Below are positions 25,402 to 39,272 of a stretch of DNA of 64,000 bases, one piece after another (the first letter of the stretch is position 1; each line of letters begins with the position of its first letter). The DNA lies in the NCBI GenBank assembly GCA_973895155.1, contig OZ316892.1, forward strand, positions 15,306,861-15,370,860, in the 5' to 3' direction. This stretch comes from Marsupella aquatica (lineage: Eukaryota; Plantae; Marchantiophyta). The notes beneath the pieces are model-generated. The model worked only from the letters and a program-made list of their open reading frames with translations, ran no database searches and was not told where the DNA came from. The position numbers and the translations under genes were made by a program.

Positions 25402-27120
25402 TCAAATCTCCCCCTCAATCATTGTATCCTGCAAAAGCTTTGTTATGCTGCGTATTCTTGTTGAATAAGTTAGTGATTGATGGAGGGACGGTGGTAGTGA
25501 CTTTGTAAGGATATCTGCCAAGTTCTGATTTCCTGGAATCCATTGTACATCAATTTCTTTTCCTTGTTGTTCGTGTGAGAAAAAGAATTTAGGCGCAATA
25601 TGTTTTGTACATTTGCCTTTGATGAATCCGGTTTTGATTTGAGTGATGCAAGGCATGTTATCTTCGAAGAGTATTGTAGGTTTGGTTAATTTTGGTTTAC
25701 CTGTGTTGATTAGAATGTGATCTAAGACTTTACGCAGCCATAAGCACTCACGACTTGCTTCGTAGAGAGCAATTATTTTGGAGTGATTGGAAGAAGTAGT
25801 AGTAAGTGTCTGTTTGGTGCTGTGCCATGAAATTGGTGTCGGGCCTATCAAGAAAATATATCCAGTTTGAGATTTACCATCTTGTGGGTCGGATAGATAG
25901 CCCGCGTCAGCATATCCTGTTAAATTGTAATCTGCATCATAAGGGAAGTATAAACCAAAGTCTGATGTACCAATAAGATAACGGAATATCCTTTTAATAC
26001 CGTTCCAGTGTCTGATCGTGGGCTGTGCGCTATGTCTTGCGAGTAAGTTGACCGCAAATGCAATGTCCGGTCGAGTTTGATTAGATAAAAACATGAGAGC
26101 ACCGATAGCCGAAAGGTATGGCATATCTGAACCTAGTAAAGGTTCAAAATCTTCTCTCTTCTTGAACATATCTTTTTGTATGTCCAAGGTACGTATATCC
26201 ATGGGGGACTTTACAGGTTTTAACGAGTCCATATGGAAATGTTTTAACACCTTCTTTGTGTAAGTCTCTTGATGCAGGAGAATGCTTGTTTGTAAATGTT
26301 CAAATTGAAGTCCGATGCAGTAAGAAGTTCTTCCTAAATCCCGCATTTTGAATACGCATTTCAGTGTCTGTATAGATTCTTGCATCATCTTGTTTGTACC
26401 AAACAAGGTGAGGTCATCTACATAAATATATAGCAATTATTATGAATTCAGGTCCTTGATTCTTTATGAATAGACAAGGTGCAATCTCTGAATTTCTGTA
26501 TCCCATGGATATCATCTCTGTTTTGAAACGCTGGTACCAGGTGCGTCCACTTTGTTTTAGGCCGTAGAGTGAACGAAGAGCCTGAATAGCAAATCGGGTC
26601 TTTCTATTTCCAGGAGTTTCTTGGAATGCAATTGCTTTAGAGGTATTGTGGAGACTTACCAGCTTATTTAAGTAGTCAAATTCATTTGCATGTTTGTTAC
26701 TATGCATATTTGAATCATGATTTGAATTTGCATGGAAATTGACACGTTCTATAAGCTGTGGTGGAGCTTCCATATAGATCACAGTGTCAAGTTGACCGTA
26801 AAGATAAGCGGTCACCACAACTAGTTGATGCATTAAGAGTTTGTGTTGGATTGCAAATGCTATCAAGTAGCGGTAAGTAGTTACATCCATGACTGGTGAA
26901 TAAGTTAGGTCATAATTTGTGCCATAGATTTGAGTATATCCCTTTGCAACAAGTCGAGCTTTATATCTCACAATTTCTCCTTGGAAATTCCTCTTTTTGG
27001 TAAATATGATTCTGTACCCTGTAAGGTGTTGGTCTGGGGAAGCAATGGTTATAGGACCAAATACTTTTCTAGAGATCAAAGAGTCTAACTCAGAGTTCAT
27101 GGCTATTTTCCATTTAGGCC
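25402..27120 (-). pseudogene. Copia reverse transcriptase-RNase H (frameshifted)
   Basis: RYKARLVAKGYTQ, LYGLKQSGRTWY, YVDDL, TRPDIAFAV, GYADA, EDN, KHI, NLADILTK. Frameshift at ~26420. Confidence 0.92.
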
Positions 27121-27499
27121 AATCTGCTTGGTTTTGTGCTTCTTTGACAGATTTTGGGTCCGGTAAGTTAGTAATATCCTATGATATATGAAAGGCAAAT
27201 TGATCATCAGGTATTACTCTAGTTCTATCTAAGATATGGCTAGTGGTATTATAATGTATGGCTATCTCTGGGTGATATGATTCTGAAATGTGAGTATGGG
27301 TTTCTAGTCTCATTTCAGATGATGTTGGTAGTTTTCGCGTTTGTCTAAGTTGTTTATCGACAGCCCCTACAGGGCGTCCTCTCTTGGGTTTTAATTGTTG
27401 ATCAGAAGCTAACCAAGTTCCAATTTGAATCCAGGATGGGGTATTCGTTGCTGGGATATGGGATTTTGTAACATTTGCTGTATCTGCGAATGAATCAGG

Positions 27500-28560
27500 T
27501 ATGACTTCCATAATCTTAGTAAGTTGAATTATTCTTTTGACTTCTAATTTAGCTTGATCTGTGCGTGGATCTGGACAGAGTTCAGGACTAGCTTGCCAGG
27601 TGAATATTTTTGGTAATGTTTATTGTTTGTCCTCTGGTAATGTTAGAGATGGAAAGATGGTTTCATAAAAATGACAATTGGTAAATCGAGCTTTGAATAT
27701 ATTTGTAGTGGTAGGTTCCATGTAACGGATGATTGATGTAGAGTCAAATCCCACATAGATGCCTTTTTTTCTCTGAAGTCCTAATTTTGTCCATTTTGGA
27801 CCTAGGATTGGTACAAGGACTTGACATCCGAATATCCTCAAGTGTGAAATGTCTAGAGAATTTCCAAATGCCAATTGATGAGGCGTAATGTTGTTGAAAG
27901 CTGATGGTCTGTATAGGAGGAGAGACGCATCATGTAAGACCGCGTGTCCCCATGCAGTTGTTGGAAGAGAAGATTGCATTAATAAAGGTCGGGCTATTTG
28001 CTGTATGCGTTTAATAAGTGACTCGACCATTCCATTCTGGAAATGTACATAAGGTACATTGTATTGTGAAGCAATTCTGTTGATGAGGCAAAATTCATCA
28101 AAAGTTTTTGATGTGAACTCTCCAGCTCCATCAGTCCTGAGGGTTCGAATTGGGTATTCTAGGAATGGAGCTCTCAGTCGTATAATGTGTGCCAGAATCC
28201 TTGAGAAAACAAGGTTTCGGGTTGATAATAGGGAAACCCTTGACCACTTTGAGCTTGCATCTATGACGACCAGGAAATAGCGGAATGGGCCACTAAGAGG
28301 ATCGATGGGTCCTCAAACATCTGCATGAAGTCTCAAGAAATGCAGGTATGTGATTTTTGGTTTTAGAATTGGAGGGAGCAGTAATCATCTTGCCCTGTGA
28401 GCAGGCAAGGCATGCTCCTTTGAATGCTCTAGGGTGTACTTCTTTTGATACTCCTTTAGAATTATTGACAATTCTGTGGAACATGCTTGTTCCAGGATGT
28501 CCCAACTGTCTATGCTAGATCTCTGTGAGGTTCTGTGATTCAGTCTGAACATGGTAGCAT
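27500..28560 (-). pseudogene. Copia GAG-pre-integrase and integrase (frameshifted)
   Basis: LGHPG...CLACSQGK, TDGAGEFTS, QNGMVESLIKRIQ, HLRIFGC, GIYVGFDS. Confidence 0.88.
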
Positions 28561-28655
28561 TGAGTTTGAGTTGCATAGTATCCTAAAGGGTAAGCCTATA
28601 AAGTTTCTTTAACAAGTCTGGCTTTTGATGAGTGAGATACTATTTGGAGAACTTC

Positions 28656-30005
28656 TCATGAGTCTTGAATATCTGTATGAATATGTAGGTTATTTGCTCT
28701 TATGTCTTTAAAGCTAAGAAGGTTTCTCGTTGCTTTGGGGGCATAAATTGCTGATGTGATTTTGATTATTGTTCCTTCTGGGAGAACTATTGTGGATTTA
28801 CCATGACCCTCCTCTATTTGATGTGGTCCCATTATAGTTGTTATTTTCCTTTGTGAAGGGGTGATTTCGTGGAAATATTTACTATCTCGAAGGATAGTAT
28901 GGGTTGTGCCGCTGTCGACAATGCAGAAATCTGGATCTTCAATATTTAATGATGAATCCAGCATATGGATTTCTGGTATAATCTCTGGTGACTCTAAATA
29001 AGCCCCATGTGCTTCTAATTGAGATTCATCCAAGCTCTTCTTATAAAGTAGAACTAGGTGGCTAGGTGCATGGCATACCTTTTTGGTGTGCCCTTTAGTT
29101 CCGCACCTGATGCATGTAATGGGATTCTCATGTTTATAATTTGAGGTAGGTCGTTGTCGCTCCCGATTTTGTTGTTGATGATCCACTCTGCCACTCTTTG
29201 AGTTGCTTCGATTTGCATTGTTCATTCTTCCATGACCTCGTCCTCTATAGTTGGAACTGTTTCCACCTCTTTGGGAGAAATTACCTCTCCCTCTCATTGT
29301 TCCTTGGCCACGGTATGAACCTGTCCCCCTCGATGTGTATCCATTCGTATTTGTCATATTTGTTTCTGCTATCATATCCTGTGTAACTAAGTTGGTTTCA
29401 ATTTTGGTTGGTACAGGAAGTGTTCCCGGAGGTCTCTCCTTTGCATTATTCATAAGGAGGATGGAATTTTGCTCTGCTAAAAGCATATGAGCAATGAGTG
29501 CCAAGTATGTTGTAAATGCCATGTTCTTGTACTGATTTGAAATCACCAAGTTAGTTGGGTGAAATGTGGCTAATGTCTTCTCGATTTGCTGTTTATCACT
29601 GACTGGTTCTCCACACATTTGGAGTTCATTTGAGATTCTAAACATCTCACTGTTGTATAAATCTACTGATTTGAAATCTTGTACTCGTAGAGTAACCCAA
29701 GCCTGTAGAGCATTCGACAGATTTATTGTAGTGATATGCTCCAATCTCGATTTCAATGCATCCCAGAGTAATCTAGGATTGTATACAGTCTTATACTGGC
29801 GTTTGAGAGGATCGACTAAGTGATGTCTTAGTAGTACCAAGGCTTTTGCCTTTGTGTATTGATCCACACCGACATCTGTGTGTATGGCCTCTTCAATTCG
29901 CTTTTCCGTGAGATGGACCTCCACATCTATATACCAATCATTGTAATTCTTGCCATCAATTTGCAAAGCTGGAAATAGAAGTTTTTCAATGGAGTTTGAT
30001 GTCAT
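28656..30005 (-). pseudogene. Copia gag, zinc knuckle and protease
   Basis: ATG at 30005 (MTSNSIEK). CIRCGTKGHTKKVC zinc knuckle and CIVDSGTTHT protease motif. Confidence 0.9.
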
Positions 30006-30081
30006 TCTGGTATCAAGAATGTCTAATTTGTTTTTTGAATGGATGTTTGGGGAGTGGTCCTGAATGTGTATCAAACTGAGA

Positions 30082-30169
30082 GGGATATGCTCAATAGACC
30101 CCCTTCAGGAGAAACTTTACTTGATCAGCCCCCTCCAAACTTTTTTGCCCCAATCAGCCCCCTCATTAT
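30082..30169. mobile_element. Possible Mutator-like terminus truncating the Copia 5' end; continues at 40148 after the nested CACTA
   Basis: Begins GGGATATGCTCAATAGACCCCC with repeated ATCAGCCCCCTC, in the style of MULE TIRs. No partner TIR in the window. Confidence 0.35.
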
Positions 30170-30894
30170 CACTAGTACATTTTTGACGACTTTCCGATAC
30201 TCAAAATGCGACTATTTTGTCATGTCCAAACCCGAGAAAATCAGACGTTGTCCGATACAAATACCTTCGTAATGTCCGATGTGCACTGCATCGGATTTAG
30301 TTAGTCCGATGTGTTCCCTAACGCAACCAATATCCCATATCGGTTACATCGGAACGTTTCCAAAACTAAATGAATCGAACATTTGACCGAAAAAGTATTG
30401 TCAAGGGTTCAATCTTTAGGTTATCGGATACAATGTGCGTTAGAGACAACATCGGATATTTTCCGATGTTTATTCCAACGGACATGGTTTTCGTAATAGA
30501 ATACTACGGACAGAAATTGCGTAAGGTAAAGAATCAGAAACATTTCCGAAGCGGTCAATATCGGACCCCTCTGTTGGAACATTGGACGAGGGGTCCAATG
30601 TTTCCAATATCGGATGTGAGTGTTCCGATAGTTGTGATATCGGACAATTGCTACGATTGAGCCTTTTGTGCTCCGATGCATATCCGATGCAAGTTTCATC
30701 AGTTAGACCATTGGACACTGGTTATCTTGAGGTTCTTAGTTGATTGGGGTTGAGAGAAGTATTAGAGATACTTTATGGAATATGTTTTATGCAAGAGTGG
30801 ACATTGAGAAACAAATATAGTGCTAAGAAATATATAATGTCGGGAAAATAAACACAAATATGGTAGGGGGCTAGCTATAGTTGCTACTTACTAG

Positions 30895-33800
30895 CTAAGT
30901 GGTGGAGGGGATGTCATCATCTTCCACTACAACTACGTTGGGTCTATCCTGGACTATGGATCGTGATCGAGGGATATATGGCATCACAATAGACCAATTT
31001 GAGTCATCCGGATAAGGTAGGTAAAAACATTGCTCAAGGTGATGTGGGAATGCAAACAGATCTGAAGACCTCCAATTTGAGCTGATAACACTTGTCTTCA
31101 ATCGAGTAAATCCGCATGCATCATCTTCACATGTACGATTGTGGCCCACAAGATTCATCTTGAACCATTTGCACTTCAATACCACTTCCTCCAAAGTATT
31201 ATGTGCATGGTACTTCACAGTTAGGATCTCCTCAATCTTTCCACAATGAGCGATAGTGGACCGAATGGGATTCCTGTCCGATGTGCTGCTCTGTGAATCC
31301 TGGGTGAACCAACCCATGACCCCACAATCTTGTGTAGCTGCCCTCTTCTCATCAAGTCGTTCCACACAAAAGTGTCTTCCCTTGGACCACATGGCAGTCC
31401 GAGTTGTGACTATAAGTAGTGGACCATGAACAAGGGTACGAAGCTTATCAGTCACCTCTTGATAATGCAATACACTCTCCCCTGTACCCACCAAGGCATC
31501 CACTTCTAACAACTTTGACTTCATGTATGGGTGAAACTTAGGAAATATCCGTGGTCGTCGACTATTTTGCTTCTCCTCCTCATAAAACGATGTCCACTCC
31601 CCTACAACCTCTGGTGAGTTGTACAACATAAATGTTGTGAGTTGCAAACGCTTCGCTGAGCTTAAGAGACGCTCTTTTGATGCCCCAGTGAGTCTATCAT
31701 CCTCGTAGTCCGCCTCTCGTGCCGCCTCATCTATCCATCCCCTAGGAGCATTTGGATCTAGTGTGGCAACTATGTTTGTACAATAAAACATACTCTCTAC
31801 TCCAAGATGACGCTCTACAATGCTACCTTCCACCCTAGCATGATTAGAGACATACAATTTCATCACTCCCATATAACGCTCTACCCAATACATCCATCGA
31901 CAATGCACTGGGATTGCAATTGCAACCTCACGCACTAAATGTATGAGAAAATGGACCTGACCATCAAAAAATGAGGGAGGGAGTGTCTTCTCCAACTTGC
32001 ACACAACCTCTACTCCAAATGTCTCCATTGCAGTAGTTTCATCCTCCTGTACCTCCTTCTGACATACCCATCTCAAAAGCTTTCCCAATGACCTCGCCAA
32101 TGACCAAAGGGCATCACGAAGTTCCTCACTACCCAATCCAATAATCGCAACTAGAATGACATGTTCTAGTAACCGATGATAATCATGTGTTTTCAAGTAA
32201 GATGGCCATTTTGGAGAATCATCCCCCCCAAATGCTTTTCAAAGATTTGCGCCATAACCTGTGGGAAACCTCATTGACCCAATACGTCTACGAAACTCAG
32301 TGCGCTCTGCCCTACTCAAAACCCAAGGAGGATGGATGTTGGGGGGGTCACCAGGGGGTCCAAAGATGGCCAAAAACCAAGAAGACCATGCATCCCCATC
32401 TCCTCACAACTTTCTCTCCAATTGTGGTTCTTTTCCCCATATAGATGACGAATCAATGATCTGCCCACATTCCCCTCAATGTGCATCGGATCTAACAAGT
32501 GATTAATGGGCAACTCTGACCAATATGGCAATTGTGACAATGCAGACAAACGGGTCATGCCACATCAGAGAATTTGTAATGGATCATCTGGGTCTTGAAC
32601 TCTTTCCCATACCTCTCTCCAATATGTTGGACCCTTTCGCTGAGGTTGAGGACGAGTATCGGGTTGGCCATCTTCAGTATCATACAAGAAATGATCACTC
32701 CTCCAAGGATGGTCTTCTGGAAGATATTTGGTATGGCCAATGTAAACTATCTTACACAAAGTACTTGACTTGCGTCTTGCCACACCCTCCAAATCTGGTC
32801 CGCACGAAGGGCAAGCTCTATAGCCTGATGTTTGCAATCCAGAGATATATCCAAACCCTGCGCTTGATCAATACACAACCAGCCAATGAAAGTAAGTTAA
32901 ATGATACAAATTATAACAAAAAATAATAATTAATAAGCATGGTGTAAATATATAGCAATGGAAATAAGGGTTTAATACCCTACCTGGAAAATCATGCATG
33001 GTCCACATAAGAATGGCCTTCATGGTAAATGTGCGGGATAAACCTCCAGTGTTGTCACGTCCGTCATAACAATCCGCCCCTCTCCAAAGTTTCAAAAGCT
33101 CATCAATCAAGGGTTCCAAGTAAATGTCAATCTTTTTTACTTGCTTAGGACCAGGGATGATCATTGAGAGTAGTAGATGACCTTTCTTCATGGCCATCCA
33201 TGGAGGGATATTGTAATTTATGAGAACTACAGGCCATACTGAATATGGCTTAGCTTTACCTGCTAATGCAAAAGGATTGATACCATCTACTGCCAAGCCA
33301 AGTCGAACATGTCGCGAGTCAGTTTTGAACTCACCCCATCTGCCCTCTACAAATCGATTGGCAGGAGAGTCTACCATCATCCGCATGGTACTAGAGTCTG
33401 TACCCATATCCGAATGATGTTGTGAGTGCCAAACCATATACTCAGCCAACTCTCCACAACGATATTGATGGCGCAATTGAGGGATGAGAGGAAAGTACCG
33501 CATAACCTTTTGAGGCACCTTCCCCGTCAACATGTCATCACGGAACCGCGGCTTCTCACACATAGAACATATAATTGCATTCTCATGCTCACCCCTAAAA
33601 AGAATGCAATCATTCACACATGCATGTATCACTTCATATTTTAGGCCAATGGACTTCAACACCTGTTTAGCCTCCTTCCAAGAGCTTGGCATGTTGTTGC
33701 CTGGTGGTAAAATACGATCATGTAGGGTACGAAAAACATCATCCAAAAGTAGGTTGCTTGCCCCATGTCTTTGTTGCACATTCAACAACAACATTATTGC

Positions 33801-34100
33801 TGAGAGCCGAGATAGCCTACTCCCCTCAAATATGCGAGTACGAGCATGACGTTGAGCCTCTTCCCATTCCTTCTGCTGCCCCCCCTAGAGACATGCGGAT
33901 GAGTGTTGTTGTCATCCTGGCTACCCATGTCCTCCATACCAATGTTCGCATCATCGTACGTAATAGAACTGATCCATGAGCTCATCCATGGCCCTCTCCT
34001 CGTCAACATGATCTTTGGTTGGATTGCCCCCCTCATGCTGTACCTCAGTCTCCTCCCCACGATTGGCCACCATGGCCTCAACAAGGTGTTGCCGCATAGC
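30895..34100 (-). pseudogene. CACTA TnpD-like transposase (Transposase_21, DUF4218, DUF4216 regions), frameshifted
   Basis: IHACVNDCILF, LGLAVDGINPF, IPGPKQ, WTMHDFPG, LPYWSEL..HLLDPMHIEGNV, KTHDYH, PPSFFD, RWMYWVERYM, LKCKWF, CFYLPYP. Confidence 0.92.
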
Positions 34101-34264
34101 TCGTGATATTACCCCAATATCAGGCACTACATATTGGTTCTATCATACAACATGCATCCATGTAATGTCATCAACATCAATCTTGCCAACAATCTCATTA
34201 ATCCAACATTAGAAATGGAAAATAAATTTCAGATATATATATATGTATATGTAAGCCCAAGAAA

Positions 34265-34972
34265 CTAAGGTGGACGAGAACGTAGAGACAATTTTGGTGC
34301 ATCCCAGTCATAATCACACAATAACTCCTCTCCCGCTCTAATGGTCCTAATGGCCACTGTCATGATGTGGTCATCCATATGTTTCACAAAGTATGGGTCT
34401 CTAGGTGGACCAAACATTTGGATCCACTCTACATTAGCCTCCAAATCTCTACCTCTACCTGTGGTACTATTGATGTATCCTGCTAAATTTCCATTCCTAA
34501 CAGGGTCATCGTCAATCATCCAACAATGCCACGGCCAAGTGAACACCTCGTTTGTGTCTGAGTCCATCCTCAATGCATACACCCCCCAACTTGGGTGTTG
34601 ACGCAACAAAATGTTCCAACTCTTTGCGTTATATACAGCCCCAATATACGGGAAAAGGTGCTCTCCATTGTAGCCACGTCTCCATGCCTTCGGAGGGACA
34701 ACAATGTCATCCAAAGCATATAGACCATATCCTATATCAGCACCAATAGAGGACTCCTTCACTATCCAAGGACGGCCCCATATCTCCATAGGTTCATCAA
34801 TAGGAATGTAATCTGGAAATTTGAAGACATTGGGAGAAAAGTCTTTCAAAACGTCTGCAGCCCTGCCAGTGAGATAGGATACTCCAAATCGGCCATCAAC
34901 GCCAATGTAATCTACATTTGTTGGAGGACGATCACTACCTAACACCCCCTCCCGGATGTCTATGTGGTCCAC
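34265..34972 (-). CDS. SET-domain (lysine methyltransferase-like) coding segment inside the CACTA transposase locus
   Basis: VKESSI...GYGLYALDDI, FPYIG, GNLAGYINS, ANVEW, VAIRTIRAGEELLCDY: the canonical SET motifs in order, with NH replaced by NS. Confidence 0.85.
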   Translation of the reverse strand: MDHIDIREGVLGSDRPPTNVDYIGVDGRFGVSYLTGRAADVLKDFSPNVFKFPDYIPIDEPMEIWGRPWIVKESSIGADIGYGLYALDDIVVPPKAWRRGYNGEHLFPYIGAVYNAKSWNILLRQHPSWGVYALRMDSDTNEVFTWPWHCWMIDDDPVRNGNLAGYINSTTGRGRDLEANVEWIQMFGPPRDPYFVKHMDDHIMTVAIRTIRAGEELLCDYDWDAPKLSLRSRPP

Positions 34973-35296
34973 AGGCTCGTACTGCCGTCTACGTCTATGA
35001 GACCGTGCTCGTGTACGTAGGACTCTTGAAGTCCCAACCTCTGGCCGAGATACTGGTTCTCCCTCTACATGCTCATGTATGGGGATAGGAGTTGGGGGGC
35101 TAAGAGGAGGATGGGCAGGGGGGCTGCAAGCAAGTCTCTAGCCCTTGCTAGGAATCCTTCTAGCCACACAGCCTCATCAACCAAAGGAGGTGGGGGTCTA
35201 CGGGGCACCTATTTCAACACACAATAAATTAGTGTTATTTAAATGCAAGCCCAATTGGAGTTTCATGAATGGAATTAAAGGGGAGACATATATATT

Positions 35297-35529
35297 ACTT
35301 GGCTAGGCAAGTACCCTAGTGTATCACCCTCATGACGGCCATAGTTCTCAATGTGCTCACAAGTCTCCCAGGCATGTCGGACCACAAGTCCCTTGCATCT
35401 CACACACCAGCAAGGTATGGGCCCTAGTGGAGCACGAGGACGCTCAAGAGGAGGGGGTGGAGGAACCTCCCCCTCTGACGAGCTCGTGTCTGAGTCTGAA
35501 TCCGACATGGAACTATCGGATGTAGACAT
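35297..35529 (-). CDS. First coding exon of the CACTA transposase locus, with a transposase-associated Cys/His motif
   Basis: ATG directly after an AG acceptor. IPCWCVRCKGLVVRH...EHIENYG resembles the CxCxxC...H transposase-associated domain. GT donor at ~35297. Confidence 0.6.
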
Positions 35530-36877
35530 CTACATATCATACACATCCAACATGTAAGGCGGATTCAACAACTTATCATGTTTAAAACCACAATTAAAGA
35601 GATATATAAACATCAATTGCCCTACCTCAATGATACCCGCGCTTTGCCGTGCCTACTGGGCTGTATTTTCTACACACAAGGTATGGGATATCCAAAATCT
35701 CTGCAGGGTGGAGATGAATATGGTTACACAAATGCTGCATAAATGCAAAAAAGTACTTGACTGACTTTTGGCACACGATATATCAAACTTGCCAAAGCAG
35801 ACCTCAATGTTCCAATCCAAAATGGATGGATGGGCCGGGGAATTACATCATACCTCATGGATGCACGGTCTCACACTGTGCATAGTGCATTGTCCAAGAA
35901 CAAAACCCTACCTAGCTACCCCCCTCAACCCCAAAAAAACAAACCTAGCTACCCCTTGATCAAAACCTAGGTACTGCACATAAAATCCAATCACAACCAT
36001 TAGTGTAACAAAGGCTTAACATTATCCTCAAAAAATGTCTAACAATATCCTATGTATTAAAACCCTATACCAATAAATCCCAAAACCCCTCAAAGCCCTA
36101 AAGTCCTTCAAAGAGAAATGGGATCAATTATAGTAAAAGAGTAAATCTAGGTACCACTTACTAGCCAAAACACCTTGACTTATCCTTGCATACATCAGTC
36201 AATGTTGAGCAAGTTAAGGCCCTATAATTACATTACTATACAGCTTAGCTTTATAAATTTAGGGTGCAATAAATTAAGCATGCAATCACAACCATATTTT
36301 AGTTATCTTAGGAAATACAAAGTCATAAACTAACCCCGAAATTGTAGTTGCGAAGAAGGAACTTGCAAGAGGCCGGGTAATATATACACAATATGCCATC
36401 CCGTTCACGGTGTTACCTAAAAAAAACCTGATATATTCAAAACGACCACAAAAAAGTGTCTACAACCCTCCCTTCTATTACCCCACCCAATTACTTAATT
36501 CCATGCTCCACATAAAACCCAAACACCCAAACTAAACCCAAAGTAAATAGATTTGACCTCCTATGGGACCAAAACATGGAATCCGTTATAGCTGATCGAG
36601 GGGTCCGATACTAAAACAAACGGAAGCAACATCGTAAAACCAGGAGAAAGAAAAGCAAGGAGGGTGCCGAAGAAAAACGCATCAGAAGGTCCGATTGTAG
36701 GTCCGATTCTTTCGGCTTCGGACATTGCATTGCATAAAGTATTGGAAACAACAGACCTATTTTCAAAAAATAAGTCCCAATGCGGATGCGAAGATCCGGG
36801 CATTGGGCCAAGCTTCGCATTCCGTGTTTTGCGAGGCCGGGAGGCTCAACTAGACATCGGTGGGCAAGGAGAGAGAC

Positions 36878-39272
36878 ATGGTGGGAGGAGGATCAGATGG
36901 TGGGGACGGGGCTGGACCCTCTCGGCCCTATGATGAGATTATGAGGGAGATTTTATGAGTAGGGCAAGGCTAAGTGCTGAGGATGCAGAGAGAGTTGTGC
37001 CACTTCTTCAGACCTTGATTGATGGATCCAGGATTGAGGCAAAGAAAGCTGCGGCTGCAACCATTGCTGTAGAGAAAGCTGCAAAGAAGAAGCGAAAGGC
37101 AAAGAGAGGCAGGGAAGATGGTGAGGAATCCCTCTCTCCCCGAAAAAGAGAGAGGAAGCTTTGCAAGGCAGCTAAGGAGGCTGAGAAGAAGAGAGTGGAG
37201 GAGTTAAAGCAAAAGGAAGCTGAGAGAGCTCTGAGGCCTGAGCTAGCCCTAAACTCAGGTGGCTCCCCAATGCCGAGAGGATACAATCTCTTCCGCAGCC
37301 AGTTCAAGCAGGTGGTGAAGGCCAATTTGGGGCCATTAGATTACTGGGGAAGGAAGACTGAGGAGGAGAAAGGTTGAATTCGAGAGCAAGTGAAGGAGCG
37401 ATTCAGGAATGGGGCCTCCCTTGATGACAGGTTCTTGAATAAGTGGATATCAGCTTCACTTTCAGACATGCAAAATCATCAGAATCATGAGAAGTTCAGG
37501 AAGTACCTTGCTGATTTGCCAATTGATTCAAAGGCGGTCAGGGAGCAGGGCTGTCCAGATGTGCTCTCCCCAGATGAGTGGGCAACTTGGCTTGAGGAGG
37601 AATTAGCAATCCGAGCCTGGCAAAAAAAGAGACAATGGGACCACAAAATCAGCTTGGCAGAGGAGAAGCGAAAGGCTGGGGAGGAAATTGACATCCTCCC
37701 CCTCCAACAGAACCTACGGCAGTGGGGAGCTCAAGCAGTACGATTAAAAGAGCCACCCAAGGACATCATCAAAGCATTGGAGCGAGTCCAAGGGCGGCCC
37801 ATCGTCACTCACCGCATGGGGCAAGGAGGCTCCAATCGACTGAAAGCAGAGTTCGTAAGTGCCTTCTCCCTCCTCCCTAGCTCCTCCCCCCAACCACCTG
37901 ACCTTCTCTTGCAAAGAGTGACTCAATTTCTGCTGCCGAATGCCTTTATGCCATTTCAGCCCGATGTTTTTTGCTCTCGAGACTGTTCTGTCCGATACTC
38001 ATCCGAAGCTTTTAGCATCGGACCTAGTATCGGACCTGTTGTTATGCCATTCAGGGTTATCGGGATCCGATACTGTTCCGTTCCTTTAAGTATCGGAAAC
38101 AACATCGGACCCCTTGTAAGAACAACGGGTTTGTTTAAATGTTGCTCTTTCACTCAATTAGGGGTATGGGTTTGCATTCTTCAGTACCCTAAGAAGGCAT
38201 GGGACCCCTTACAAGAATTGAGAAAAGTTGGGCCAATGCAATGACTAGTTTTCATGCTAATGGGTTTCTCGTTTGGTATTGTGATGTGTCAGGAGCGGGA
38301 CTGGGGTCGACCTATTGGGCCATCAGAGAGGGAGTTAGCAAAGAGGGATGGACCCCGAGCTCTTAAGCTCCACCTTGAGGAGGAGCTGGGAGAGGTAATT
38401 GGTGTTGAATTGGCCCTATATAGGTTCAAATTGTTTTTGGTTGTGGTCAATATTAGAGAGCTTTCAAGGAACTATGTTTTCAAATGCAATTTAACCCTAC
38501 TTATGTATTGTGCAGGATGAGGAGACAGGGTCTGATGAGGGAGAGGAGGGTGAGGGAGAGGAGGGTGAGGGTGAGGGTGAGGAGTATGGTGATGGTGAAG
38601 AAGGAGAGGATGGCGAGGGAGAGGAGGGAGATGATTCTGAGGCGCCTGTGCCCTTAGAGGGTGCGGCAGAGCGATCGGGGAGGGTGCCCTGAGTTACCCC
38701 TACTCCTGTAGTCCCTCATGTTGCCCCCACATCAGCATAGAGGGGTAGGTCACATGGTGTTCATGGTGTGGCCTCCCATCAGTTGGGAGTGTCACGGAGT
38801 GCGAGGCCCGGCCCCTCAGGGGGTAGTAGAGGTGGCACGGGACCAGGCCATTGCTCTGGAGTACTATCTGGTACACCTGGCTCTTCTCGACGAGTGGGTC
38901 GTGACATGGAGGATGGTGGCTCTAGGGGGCGAGCGCCATCACGTGAGCCTGGTGAGAGTACCGCATGGCATGGGCCACAGACAGCATTTGCAGGAGATGC
39001 ATCCCATCACTCTCACAGGTCTACCGGAGGGGGAGATGGCTCCTTCCACTCTGCCGTGTTAGGGGGTTTAGAGACATCTGTTGCACCTTAGCATCCTAGC
39101 GGTGCATCTAGTGGGTCAGGGTCCCGGCCAGCATCAGGCCAACCCACTGGTGAGCAGGTGGTTGCCACGGTTGTGGGAAGCCAGAGAGAGGAGGGGTCTT
39201 GTGTTCCTGGACCTGTACCACCCCCTCGTTCTCGCCCGAAGAAGAAGAAGGGACACACCTTTTTAGAGCTTA
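36878..39272 (+). pseudogene. CACTA ORF2 (TnpA/Ptta-like), multi-exon, decayed
   Basis: K/E-rich N-terminus, CPDVLSPDEW, and VTHRMGQGG (Transposase_24-type H..G..G motif). Introns at ~37855, ~38400 and elsewhere. Acidic and Gly/Ser-rich C-terminus. Confidence 0.6.

Larger units (their letters stand above)
24665..30081 (-). mobile_element. Ty1/Copia LTR retrotransposon (Bianca-like), 5' LTR missing
   Basis: Order gag-PR-IN-RT-RH on the minus strand. The gag start FPALQIDGKNYNDW resembles Bianca gag. 3' UTR motif TACTCTTTCC...GGTTTTAATGAGG (~24885-24935). PPT CAAGGGGGAG at ~24802-24811. Confidence 0.9.
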
